A stretch of DNA of 62,570 nt, the filler included. It is 6 parts of 6 records of this genome, joined end to end, with 100 filler letters (N's around TTAATTAATTAA, not from the genome) between each part and the next. Parts side by side here need not be neighbours in the genome. Positions count along the whole stretch, not along the records: positions 8,921 to 35,942 come from SRR31156797_6542; 5 more parts are not named here. One strand, given 5' to 3'. Each line of letters opens with the position of its first letter. Positions within the stretch are counted from its first letter, which is position 1. Both the position numbers and the translations under genes were made by a program. The notes under the pieces were generated by a model. It had not been told where the DNA came from. It made no database searches and saw only the letters and a program-made list of their open reading frames with translations. Shown in pieces: positions 22,052-31,135 of this stretch.

Positions 22052-23095
22052 ATGAAAAAAATTGTAGCACTTTTACTGACTCTAGTTTTGGTAATGAGCT
22101 TTGCTGCCTGCGGCACTACTGATGAGTCTGCAGCAACTACAACTGAAGGAAATTCAGCGGAAGCACAAGAAGCTGCTGATGATGCACCTGTAATCGCATT
22201 TGTACCAAAAGTTATTGGTCAGGCATGGTGGGACTATGTACGTGACGGCGGCGTTATGGAATGGGCTGAGGAAACTGGTTATGATGTAATTTATAAAGGA
22301 CCTACAGAAATTGATGCAGCAGCACAGGTTCAGATTATGACAGACCTTGTTGCTCAGGATATCGACATTCTATGCTTCTCTCCACTAGATCCAGATGCAT
22401 GCGAAAACATTTGTAAAGAAGCACGTGAAAAGGGTATCATAGTTATCGCTACTGAAGCTTCAGGAATGGTTAATGTAGACTACGACATAGAAGCATTCTC
22501 AGAAGAAGGTCTAGGTGCATTCATGATGGATCAATTAGCAAGCCATATGGGTGAAGAAGGCGAATATATTACTATGGTTGGCAGTATGACTCAAGAATCT
22601 CACAATAACTGGACTGATGCTGGTGTTGCAAGACAGTTGGAAGCATATCCCAATATGACTTTAGTTGAAGATGAACGTGTATCATCTGAATCAGACGCTG
22701 AAATTGCTTATCAAAAGACTAAAGAACTAATCAAAAAATATCCAAACCTAAAGGGTATTTTAGGTTCATCATCTTTCGATGCTCCAGGTGCAGCACGTGC
22801 TATTGAAGAGCTAGGTTTAACAGGCAAAGTTTTTGCGATTTCTGTTGCATTACCATCTGAAACACGTGATTATCTAAAAGACGGCGTTCTACAATCTGTT
22901 GCATTATGGGATCCTGCATTAGCAGCTAAAGCAATGCTGAATCTAGGCATAATGATGTATGAAGGTGAAGAAGTATCATCAGGAGCTGACCTTGGTATAG
23001 ACGGTTATAATGATGTAATAATCGACGGTACAGTTATTATTGGTCAAGGCTGGATAGCTATAACTGAAGAAAATGTAGATGATTTCACATTCTAA
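22052..23095 (+). CDS. Monosaccharide ABC substrate-binding lipoprotein (LsrB/RhaS-like)
   Basis: AGGAGG RBS then ATG 22052; lipobox FAAC; AFVPK, GPTEIDAAAQ and LWDP motifs. Confidence 0.9.
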   Translation: MKKIVALLLTLVLVMSFAACGTTDESAATTTEGNSAEAQEAADDAPVIAFVPKVIGQAWWDYVRDGGVMEWAEETGYDVIYKGPTEIDAAAQVQIMTDLVAQDIDILCFSPLDPDACENICKEAREKGIIVIATEASGMVNVDYDIEAFSEEGLGAFMMDQLASHMGEEGEYITMVGSMTQESHNNWTDAGVARQLEAYPNMTLVEDERVSSESDAEIAYQKTKELIKKYPNLKGILGSSSFDAPGAARAIEELGLTGKVFAISVALPSETRDYLKDGVLQSVALWDPALAAKAMLNLGIMMYEGEEVSSGADLGIDGYNDVIIDGTVIIGQGWIAITEENVDDFTF

Positions 23096-23132
23096 TTATT
23101 AATTGTTTTGCATTAAATGCAAAACCTAAGAA

Positions 23133-23159
23133 CAAGGCAAGGATTGTATCCTTGCCTTG
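23133..23159 (+). other. 12-bp stem-loop after the SBP gene (stabiliser or attenuator; no U-tract)
   Basis: CAAGGCAAGGAT-TGT-ATCCTTGCCTTG. Confidence 0.7.
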
Positions 23160-23318
23160 CCTATCAAGCGAAATGCTTTGATATATCTACTACGTTAATG
23201 GATTTATATAAGAGTCATAAATATATTTAAGTGTAGTTATAATTCACTATAAAATCACTTAATTTTTTTAATTTAACTCTAAACTATATGACTCTATCGA
23301 AAGGGGTTGTGATTGCAT

Positions 23319-24803
23319 ATGTCTGAATATTTATTAGAGATGAAGAATATTTCTAAAGCCTTTACCGGAGTACAAGCATTGGATCACGTAAATTTTTCTA
23401 TCAGACCTGGCAAAGTCATGTGCTTAGCTGGGGAAAATGGCTGTGGAAAATCTACTTTAGTAAAAATCATATCAGGTGTATATAAACGTGATGAAGGTGA
23501 AGTTTGGTATCAAGGAGAAAAGATTACAAAGATAACACCTTCTGAAGCTACAAGAATGGGTATTCAGGTAATCTATCAGGATTTGTCTATTTTCCCGAAT
23601 CTGACTGTACGTGAAAATCTGGCGATGAACTCGGAAATAACTGAAAAAAGAAAATTCGTAAACAAGAAGCGGATGGACAAAATTGCCCGTGAAGCTCTAA
23701 GCAAAATTGGACACAAAATTGATCTAGATGCAAAAATGGGTGATTTGAGTGTTGCTGACAAGCAGCTGATTGCTATTTGCAGGGCATTGTTGTTTGATGC
23801 AAAGCTGATTATTATGGATGAACCAACAACTGCACTTACTAAAAAGGAAGTTGAAGCTCTCTTTAATACAGTTCGCCAGCTGCGAGACTCTGGCATAGCA
23901 ATAATGTTTATTAGTCATAAGATTGAGGAAATATTTGAAATATCTGATGATGTAGCAATTATGCGAAATGGCAAAAATGTTTACCTGGGCCAGACAAAGG
24001 ATATTGAGCCAAAAGAGTTTATGTTCCATATGACTGGTCGTCAACTTACTGATAAGCACTTTGTACCAAAAAATATCAGTGCAGAACCTGTATTGGAAGT
24101 GAAAAACTTAACATGCAAAAGCGGATATAAAGATGTAAATTTTTCTCTGAAAAAAGGTGAAATCCTGGGGGTAACAGGTCTCCTTGGTTCAGGACGCACA
24201 GAATTGGCTCTGTCATTATTTGGTATATTGAAACCAGACAGCGGCGAGATTGTACTAAATGGAAAGCCCGTAAATATATCGTCGCCTATAATGGCGCAGA
24301 AACTGCATATTGGTTATGTTCCAGAAGATCGGCTAACTGAAGGTTTGTGCCTTCGCCAGCCTATTGCAGATAATATTACACTTTCCTCTCTACAGCGTTT
24401 GTCCAGCAAATTAGGGATAATAAAATCAGATGACATATTTGAAGATGCAGATATTTGGGTTGATAAGTTTTCTATTGCAACAGATGATTCACGAAAACAT
24501 GCTTCTACGCTTTCCGGCGGTAATCAGCAGAAAATTGTTTTGTCTAAGTGGTTAAGCAATGATCTAGATGTGTTGATTCTAAATGGACCGACTGTAGGTG
24601 TAGACGTAGGGGCAAAGCAGGATATTCATGATTTGGTACATGAACTGGCGAATGAGGGCTTAGCTGTAATCATTATTTCTGATGACCTTGTAGAGGTTGT
24701 TGTTAATTGTAATCGCGTTATTGTAATGAGAGACGGTATGATAGTCGGTCATATGGAAAAAGAAGAAATTAGTAACCAGGCTATCCTGGATATTATACGA
24801 TAA
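23319..24803 (+). CDS. Sugar ABC transporter ATP-binding protein (CUT2, two NBDs)
   Basis: GENGCGKS, IMDEPT and LSGGNQQK; second Walker B degenerate (ILNGPT). Confidence 0.95.
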   Translation: MSEYLLEMKNISKAFTGVQALDHVNFSIRPGKVMCLAGENGCGKSTLVKIISGVYKRDEGEVWYQGEKITKITPSEATRMGIQVIYQDLSIFPNLTVRENLAMNSEITEKRKFVNKKRMDKIAREALSKIGHKIDLDAKMGDLSVADKQLIAICRALLFDAKLIIMDEPTTALTKKEVEALFNTVRQLRDSGIAIMFISHKIEEIFEISDDVAIMRNGKNVYLGQTKDIEPKEFMFHMTGRQLTDKHFVPKNISAEPVLEVKNLTCKSGYKDVNFSLKKGEILGVTGLLGSGRTELALSLFGILKPDSGEIVLNGKPVNISSPIMAQKLHIGYVPEDRLTEGLCLRQPIADNITLSSLQRLSSKLGIIKSDDIFEDADIWVDKFSIATDDSRKHASTLSGGNQQKIVLSKWLSNDLDVLILNGPTVGVDVGAKQDIHDLVHELANEGLAVIIISDDLVEVVVNCNRVIVMRDGMIVGHMEKEEISNQAILDIIR

Positions 24804-24818
24804 GGGAGATTTGTATTT

Positions 24819-25823
24819 ATGGAATTAAAGAAAAGATTTCGTTATATAAAGAGTAAAACAGAATTTTATATATTCCTAGTGTTTATAGCAATGTGTATTG
24901 CTATTCAGATTATATCCGGTGGTCAGCTTTTTGAGGTAAATACATTGGTTGATATTGCCCGTTCTATGACAATCTATGGTATGTTTGCGCTTATCAGTTT
25001 GTTGGTTGTTATATCTGGTGGCTTTGATTTGTCCTTTCCGACTCTAGCTTCATTGGCATATTCTGCATCGGCTACTATCTGCCTGACTAGGGGATGGTGT
25101 ACAGAAACTCCCTGGATGGCGTTTTTACTAGCAGGTGTTATAGGTCTGGTATTGGGAATGATAAACGGTTTCATCATATCGAGATTCAAACTCAATACAA
25201 TGATAGTAACATTGGGTACACAGACATTGTTCCTCGGTATTAGTATGGGGCTGTTTCAACTGCGTGAAATAACGTCTACACTACCACTGGGGCTTCGTAA
25301 ATTCGGAGAGGCTTCACTATTTGAAGTATATAGTTCAACAGGACTGCGCTCTATGATGCCCGTAGCATTCTTATTGTTTGTAGGATTAGCTGTTGTTGTA
25401 TTTTTTGTATTAAAATATACCATGTTTGGTCGCTCACTATATGCAATCGGTGGAAATGAAGTATCAGCAGAACGAGCAGGAATAAATGTAAAACGCACAA
25501 AGTTCTGGCTGTATGCAATTGTCGGAATGATTGCAGGTTTGATAGGTATGCTAAGGGTATGTATGGTTCGTCAAGCAATTCCAAAGGGATTAAACGGCTG
25601 GGACTTAAAAGTTATTCCTGCGGTTATATTAGGCGGTGCAAGTATCTACGGCGGAGAAGGTTCAGTCTTTGGTACTATAGTTGCTGTTGGACTTATAACG
25701 GTTATTTCCAATAGCTTGCTTTTGATTGGTATAGATTCTTACTGGCAGGATTTCTTTAACGGATTAGTAATCTTAGCTGGTGTCACTGTATCTGCAGTTC
25801 AGGCAATGCGTCACCGCAGATAA
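24819..25823 (+). CDS. Sugar ABC transporter permease
   Basis: SGGFDLS, GRSLYAIGGN and ILGGASIYGG motifs; multiple TM helices. Confidence 0.93.
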   Translation: MELKKRFRYIKSKTEFYIFLVFIAMCIAIQIISGGQLFEVNTLVDIARSMTIYGMFALISLLVVISGGFDLSFPTLASLAYSASATICLTRGWCTETPWMAFLLAGVIGLVLGMINGFIISRFKLNTMIVTLGTQTLFLGISMGLFQLREITSTLPLGLRKFGEASLFEVYSSTGLRSMMPVAFLLFVGLAVVVFFVLKYTMFGRSLYAIGGNEVSAERAGINVKRTKFWLYAIVGMIAGLIGMLRVCMVRQAIPKGLNGWDLKVIPAVILGGASIYGGEGSVFGTIVAVGLITVISNSLLLIGIDSYWQDFFNGLVILAGVTVSAVQAMRHRR

Positions 25824-25838
25824 AAGGAGGAAGTATAA

Positions 25839-26861
25839 ATGAAAAAGAAAAGAAGTGAAAAAAATTATTACTCATTCCTTTTGTTGGGCTTAATAATTGG
25901 ATTGCTTATAATTTTTAGTATTCCAAAGGGTGAACTGCTTTGGAAAGTATCTACATGGAAGTCAATGTCTATGCAGTTTCCTGAATATGGTGTATTAGCA
26001 CTTGGTGTAATGCTTTGCTTTATCATTGGATGTATTGATGTTTCATTTGTGGCACTAGCGGATTTTTCTGCTATTATTGCTTGTCAATTTATGATACAAT
26101 ATTCGGTAAACAGCAGTGATGGAGGACAATCTGGTTGGGTTATCGTTATAGCACTAATTATTGCTATGGCAGTAGGAGCAGCAGGCGGATATTTAAACGG
26201 TAACTTGATTTCAAGGCTGGGAATACCCCCTATTCTGGCAACTCTTGCTACTCAAATGGTTTTTAGAGGTCTGGCGATTGCACTGACACGTGGCTACGCT
26301 GTAACTGGAATACCTGCAATATACAGCGAAGTAGGGCATAAGGTTCTATTTGGTTTTTTACCGGTTCCGTTATTAGTCTTTGTGGTTGTATTTACGATTG
26401 TAGCATTATTACTTAAGTATACTACATATGGCAAGAAGCTATATATGGTTGGTTCTAATCCAAAGGCTGCAAGATTCAGTGCTATTAATACCACAAAAAT
26501 GATTAATAAGACTTTTGTTATTAATGGTATGATTGCGGCTGTAGGTGGTATGCTGATGGTTTCCACTATGAATTCGGCAAAAGCAGACTACGGGTCATCC
26601 TATCTGATGCGTTGTATCCTGATTCTGGTTTTGGCAGGTGTACTGCCAGATGGCGGTATGGGAAAGATTATCAATGTTTTTATAGCCATTGTATCTATAC
26701 AGATAATTTCAACCAGTGTAAATATGTTTCCGGAATTAAACTCCTATTATGGAAATCTGATTTGGGGCACACTGCTGCTGGTAATATTGATGGCAACTTC
26801 AAAATTATTGAATTCAGGTAAACTGATTAAGAGAAAAGCAAAGAAAAAAGACTGCCAGTGA
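25839..26861 (+). CDS. Sugar ABC transporter permease (second subunit)
   Basis: QFPEYG, IPPILATL and GKKLYMVGSN motifs; multiple TM helices. Confidence 0.92.
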   Translation: MKKKRSEKNYYSFLLLGLIIGLLIIFSIPKGELLWKVSTWKSMSMQFPEYGVLALGVMLCFIIGCIDVSFVALADFSAIIACQFMIQYSVNSSDGGQSGWVIVIALIIAMAVGAAGGYLNGNLISRLGIPPILATLATQMVFRGLAIALTRGYAVTGIPAIYSEVGHKVLFGFLPVPLLVFVVVFTIVALLLKYTTYGKKLYMVGSNPKAARFSAINTTKMINKTFVINGMIAAVGGMLMVSTMNSAKADYGSSYLMRCILILVLAGVLPDGGMGKIINVFIAIVSIQIISTSVNMFPELNSYYGNLIWGTLLLVILMATSKLLNSGKLIKRKAKKKDCQ

Positions 26862-26928
26862 GACTACCTAACGAGCAAATAGCAAATACTTTTTGATAAT
26901 TTTATAGAAGATAGAAAGGATATGTATT

Positions 26929-27978
26929 GTGAATAGTATAGAACGTTTTTATGCAACGATTGAACGAAAAGAGGTTGACCGACCAGCTTGCTGGATGGGT
27001 ATGCCTACTCCCAGCGAGATTCCTCATTTGTGTGAGTATTTTGGAGTTGAAAATCTTGATCAATTAAAGGCAACATGCGGCGATGACTTTTTTGCAATAG
27101 AAGTACCTTATAAGTCACCTACATGTTCAGCACTTTATGCAGCATTTGACTGGTATATGAATGACAATGATGTAGATACTGAGCACAGAACTTTGACTGT
27201 TGATGGCTTCTTCGCAAAATGTCAATCATTAGAAGAAGCAAAAGAAATGAATTTTCCATGGCCTGATCCTGAACTCTATATTGATAAAGATGAGTGCAGG
27301 CGATTAGTTGATGAAGCACCAGATGATAAGGTTATACTTGGTATGGTCTGGGCTGCACACTTCCAGGATTTTTGTGCAGCATTTGGTATGGAGAATGCCA
27401 TGATGAATATGCTGGTAGCTCCTGATTTAGTTCACTATGTAAATGATAATATAATGGAATTTTATCTGAAAGCTCTAAAGATTTTTCTGGAAGCTACAAA
27501 GGGCAAAATACATTCAATATTAATTGGTGATGACATGGGCAGTCAGTTGGATTTGATGATTAGTCCTGATATGGTAAAGGAATTCGTTATACCGGGTACA
27601 ACAAAATTAATTGAGATGGCTCACAGCTATGGTGTTAAGGTCATTTATCATTCATGCGGCTCTATTATCAGAGTAATTCCTATGCTGATTGAAGCAGGTG
27701 TAGATGCTATTCATCCAATTCAAAGCCTTGCTAATGGCATGGAACCTGAGAGTTTAAAGGAAAAATTTGGCACTCAAGTATCGTTCTGCGGCGGAGTAGA
27801 TACTCAGCAATTGCTGCCGAACGGAACACCGCAGGAGGTTATGGCAAGTGTTAGACATCTGAGGGAATTATTTCCCACTGGCTTAATAATATCACCAAGT
27901 CATGAGGCAATTCAATCCGATGTTCCACCAGCTAATATTAAAGCTATGTTTGACGAAGCACAAAAAATATATGATTAG
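26929..27978 (+). CDS. Uroporphyrinogen decarboxylase / MtaA-CmuA methyltransferase-fold protein, function unknown
   Basis: GTG start after AAAGGA; DRPA, GDDMGSQ, YHSCG (H-x-C), GGVDTQ, GTPQEV and SPSH...DVPPANI motifs. Confidence 0.85.
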   Translation: MNSIERFYATIERKEVDRPACWMGMPTPSEIPHLCEYFGVENLDQLKATCGDDFFAIEVPYKSPTCSALYAAFDWYMNDNDVDTEHRTLTVDGFFAKCQSLEEAKEMNFPWPDPELYIDKDECRRLVDEAPDDKVILGMVWAAHFQDFCAAFGMENAMMNMLVAPDLVHYVNDNIMEFYLKALKIFLEATKGKIHSILIGDDMGSQLDLMISPDMVKEFVIPGTTKLIEMAHSYGVKVIYHSCGSIIRVIPMLIEAGVDAIHPIQSLANGMEPESLKEKFGTQVSFCGGVDTQQLLPNGTPQEVMASVRHLRELFPTGLIISPSHEAIQSDVPPANIKAMFDEAQKIYD

Positions 27979-27996
27979 TGTAATTGGAGGTTTTTT

Positions 27997-28320
27997 ATGC
28001 AGAGATTTGGTGAAATGATTATGATAAAGCCTGAAGGCTTGGAGGAATATAAACGACTGCACGCTAATCCCTTGCCTGGTGTCAATGAAATGATAAAAAA
28101 GTGTAATATTCAGAATTATTCAATATATCAGCTTGGTGATTATATGTTTGCATATTATGAGTATGTTGGAGATGACTTTGAGGCTGATATGGCAAAAATG
28201 GCAGATGATCCCGTTACGCAGAAATGGTGGGATATTGTTAAGCCATTGATGAAACCATTCAAGGATAAAAAAGCGGATGAGTTCTGGTCAAGAATGGAAG
28301 AGATTTATCATTTGGATTAG
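27997..28320 (+). CDS. rhaM: L-rhamnose mutarotase family protein
   Basis: EYKRLH, NYSIY, FAYYEY, TQKWW and MEEIYHLD motifs. Confidence 0.88.
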   Translation: MQRFGEMIMIKPEGLEEYKRLHANPLPGVNEMIKKCNIQNYSIYQLGDYMFAYYEYVGDDFEADMAKMADDPVTQKWWDIVKPLMKPFKDKKADEFWSRMEEIYHLD

Positions 28321-28395
28321 CTTCTGAATTTGGTGATATGTGCTAAATATAATAATTTGAGATAAGGTGGTTTTTAGGCATATATAAAAGATTTT

Positions 28396-28422
28396 GCAGG
28401 TGCTTGTTAGTACCTGCTTTTT
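28396..28422 (+). terminator. Intrinsic terminator of the ABC/URO-D/rhaM operon
   Basis: GCAGGTGCT-TGTT-AGTACCTGC followed by TTTTT. Confidence 0.7.
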
Positions 28423-28509
28423 GTATACCATTTTTTCAGTTACTTTTTGCCTAAAAATAGCAGCTTAATTCATTTTAATATTCTTAGAAGTAATATGAAG
28501 CAGTACAGT

Positions 28510-30003
28510 TTAATCAGCAATAGATAGTTGAATAATTTTCTCTTTTGTTAAATTCTTTATAGGCTCATTTGCCACAATGGTCTTATTTGATAGAACATAT
28601 ACTCTATCGCATATCCCTAATATCTCCTCAATATCAGAGGATATTAATATTATACCTGCACCTTTGCTGGTTAAGTCACATATAGAATTATAGATATCAA
28701 TTTTTGAAACATTGTCTACACCACGAGTTGGTTCATCCAGCACAAAAATCTTTGCTCGTGACATAATCCACTTCGCAAGTACAGCTTTTTGTTGATTTCC
28801 TCCGCTGTACTGCAGGATATTTGGGTTGCTTTCTTTAGGTATGTTCAGTTTGTTTATATAGGTGGTTACAACCTGTTCTAGGAATTTGCTGTCAATGCCC
28901 AGAGTTCCCTTGAATCTCCTTAGTGAGGAGAAAGCAATGTTTTCAAATATATCAAGGTACTGGAATATGCTCTCGTCCAGCCTGTCCTCAGGAACTAGAG
29001 CAATGCCATTCTCTATTGCATCAAATGGATTATTCACCTTAACGACTTTATTATTTATACGAACTTCGCCCTCTTCATACGCAGCGGAGCCAAAAATGCA
29101 GTTTGCAAGCAAAGTTCTGCCAGAGCCTGCTAATCCTGTTACGCCGATTATTTCTCCTTTTCTTAGAGTAAGATTTACATCAATAAGTTTATTTGAATAA
29201 TGCAAATTTGATATGGAATAAATAATATTGCCCATATTGACATCAAGCTTAGGATATCTGTTGATATTATAGATTCCTGATAACATGCTGACTATTGTTT
29301 TCTTAGTACAGTCTTTTATCTCTCTTGTTCCTACCATTGCACCATTTCGAATAACTGAAATTTTATCGCCGACAGCAAAAACTTCATCCAGAGAGTGTGT
29401 AATATATATTATTCCGCTGCCTCGCTCTTTTATTTTTCTTATCATATCATATAGTATGTTTTGCTCATATTCTGTAAGCGCAGCTGTAGGCTCGTCCAGT
29501 ATTACTATATCTGCTTTGGAAACATAAGCTCTGCAGATTTCAGCAATCTGTCTCTGGGCAAGACCAAGGGAATTGACTTCATCTTCGACATTAAAAGGCA
29601 GATTTAATTCATTTATTAGATTCGTACATTGAGATTTAAGCTGATTATAATCTACCATCTTTAGTAGTTTAAACTTATACGGCAGGTTCTGAAAATAGAT
29701 ATTTTCTGGTATGCTTAACATTTTCAGCATTGTGGCATCTTGTCTGATATAAATTGTGTTTTCAAGCAGACTGGCATTTTTATTGGAATTCTTTAATAAA
29801 TTGCCTTTATAAAATATTTTGCCGCTGTCAGCTTTAATATACCCGCTGGCTATTTGCATAAGAAGACTTTTGCCTGAGCCGTTCTCACCCATGATGATGT
29901 GAACTTCACCGGCATTTATTTCAATATCAATATTTGCGAGGGTAAAGCCCTCGATTCTTTTTGTTATATTATCCAATTTAAGTAAAGGATATTCCATTTG
30001 CAT
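28510..30003 (-). CDS. Stand-alone sugar ABC ATP-binding protein (two NBDs)
   Basis: GENGSGKS, ILDEPT, SGGNQQK and LDEPTRGVD motifs; no permease or SBP gene on this strand. Confidence 0.9.
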   Translation of the reverse strand: MQMEYPLLKLDNITKRIEGFTLANIDIEINAGEVHIIMGENGSGKSLLMQIASGYIKADSGKIFYKGNLLKNSNKNASLLENTIYIRQDATMLKMLSIPENIYFQNLPYKFKLLKMVDYNQLKSQCTNLINELNLPFNVEDEVNSLGLAQRQIAEICRAYVSKADIVILDEPTAALTEYEQNILYDMIRKIKERGSGIIYITHSLDEVFAVGDKISVIRNGAMVGTREIKDCTKKTIVSMLSGIYNINRYPKLDVNMGNIIYSISNLHYSNKLIDVNLTLRKGEIIGVTGLAGSGRTLLANCIFGSAAYEEGEVRINNKVVKVNNPFDAIENGIALVPEDRLDESIFQYLDIFENIAFSSLRRFKGTLGIDSKFLEQVVTTYINKLNIPKESNPNILQYSGGNQQKAVLAKWIMSRAKIFVLDEPTRGVDNVSKIDIYNSICDLTSKGAGIILISSDIEEILGICDRVYVLSNKTIVANEPIKNLTKEKIIQLSIAD

Positions 30004-30041
30004 GCCTCCATTAGCACTAAATAGATAAATCTATTATATGC

Positions 30042-30812
30042 TTAGCCCTCATATAAATCAACTGAAGTGTATAACTGAATGTCTGCTTCATAAATGAAAT
30101 CTTTGTATTCATCATCAATTGATGAGTTTGTAATAATTCTCTTGGGCATTGTTATCGGTCCTACTCGATACAAAGAGTCTTTGTCGAAATTCTCTGCTAG
30201 GCAAACAGCCGTTATTATCTTGGCATTGCTGCAGGCTAGCTGTATAAATGACGCTTTACTTATGCTGTCAACACTTATACCGTTATCTTTGCTTATACCA
30301 TTAACTTCTATGAAAACATGCTTTAGTGAGAAATTGTTAAGATTGTTAAGGGTCAGCTGACCGTATACAGCAGTATCTGATAAGTCTCCGCCTAACATAA
30401 TTAGCTTGTTTATAGGCGATGATGAGAATTCCAATGCTATATTTAAATCATTTGTTACCACTGTAAGATTGGATTTTTGTGTTAGTTTTCTTGCAATGTG
30501 CACATTTACGTATCCGCTTGTCAATAGAATCGAGTCATTATCTGAGACTAGACTGAACGCTGTCTTTGATATATCGTTTAGAATCTCCAGTTGCTGTGCT
30601 GTCTCGTGCTGGATTGTATTTGGGAATACTTCCTCTACTAATACAGCACCGCCATGAGTTCTCTGCAAAAAGCCGTTTTTCTCCAACAGCTCCAAGTCTC
30701 GACGTATGGTTACCTCTGAAACCTCCAGCAGTTCGCTCAGCTTTGCTACTGATACTTTTTTGTTTTCCACAAGGAATCTTTTGATTAAGTTTTTTCTTTC
30801 TACTGCAAACAT
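30042..30812 (-). CDS. DeoR/GlpR family transcriptional regulator
   Basis: HTH VSEVTIRRDL...RTHGGA and sensor-domain VVTND; TTG start. Confidence 0.93.
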   Translation of the reverse strand: MFAVERKNLIKRFLVENKKVSVAKLSELLEVSEVTIRRDLELLEKNGFLQRTHGGAVLVEEVFPNTIQHETAQQLEILNDISKTAFSLVSDNDSILLTSGYVNVHIARKLTQKSNLTVVTNDLNIALEFSSSPINKLIMLGGDLSDTAVYGQLTLNNLNNFSLKHVFIEVNGISKDNGISVDSISKASFIQLACSNAKIITAVCLAENFDKDSLYRVGPITMPKRIITNSSIDDEYKDFIYEADIQLYTSVDLYEG

Positions 30813-30950
30813 TTTGCCTCTCTCGCACTATATTAAAACAATAATACTACAATAAGAGACAATATACAATGTTAAAAACGCTAGAAAACCTAAAAAACAA
30901 CAAAATGAACACAAATGAAAATTTATATAGATAAAATGTACAAATACATA

Positions 30951-30980
30951 TTGACAAATCTGTACATATAGTGCTAATAT
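30951..30980 (+). promoter_or_regulatory. SigA-type promoter of chvE-gguAB
   Basis: TTGACA (30951-56), 18-nt spacer, TG-c-TAATAT extended -10. Confidence 0.6.
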
Positions 30981-31135
30981 GATAAAAACGAAAGCTAACA
31001 CAAGCAAAACGAACATAAATGAAATGAATTATATATTGATATACATCTATTGTAATCAGTGGCAAACATACTAAATATTGGGATTAAGTTTGTGCACAGC
31101 ACAATAAAATAAATGAAAAGAGGAACTGGAGTTAA

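Noticed and set aside
24570..24610. Degenerate Walker B (ILNGPT) as a sign of pseudogenisation
   Set aside because: The second NBD of CUT2 ATPases is commonly degenerate; the ORF and first NBD are intact.
22052..26861. AI-2 (Lsr) quorum-sensing uptake system
   Set aside because: The SBP is LsrB/RhaS-like, but there is no lsrK, lsrF, lsrG or lsrR in the operon, and the rhaM context points to sugar uptake.
26929..27978. Heme biosynthesis hemE
   Set aside because: It lacks the HemE N-terminal RQAGR motif, has an H-x-C metal motif, and no tetrapyrrole genes are nearby.
30935..30975. AraR operator in the chvE promoter
   Set aside because: TGTAC-containing stretches match the AraR palindrome only weakly, and no AraR gene is on the contig.
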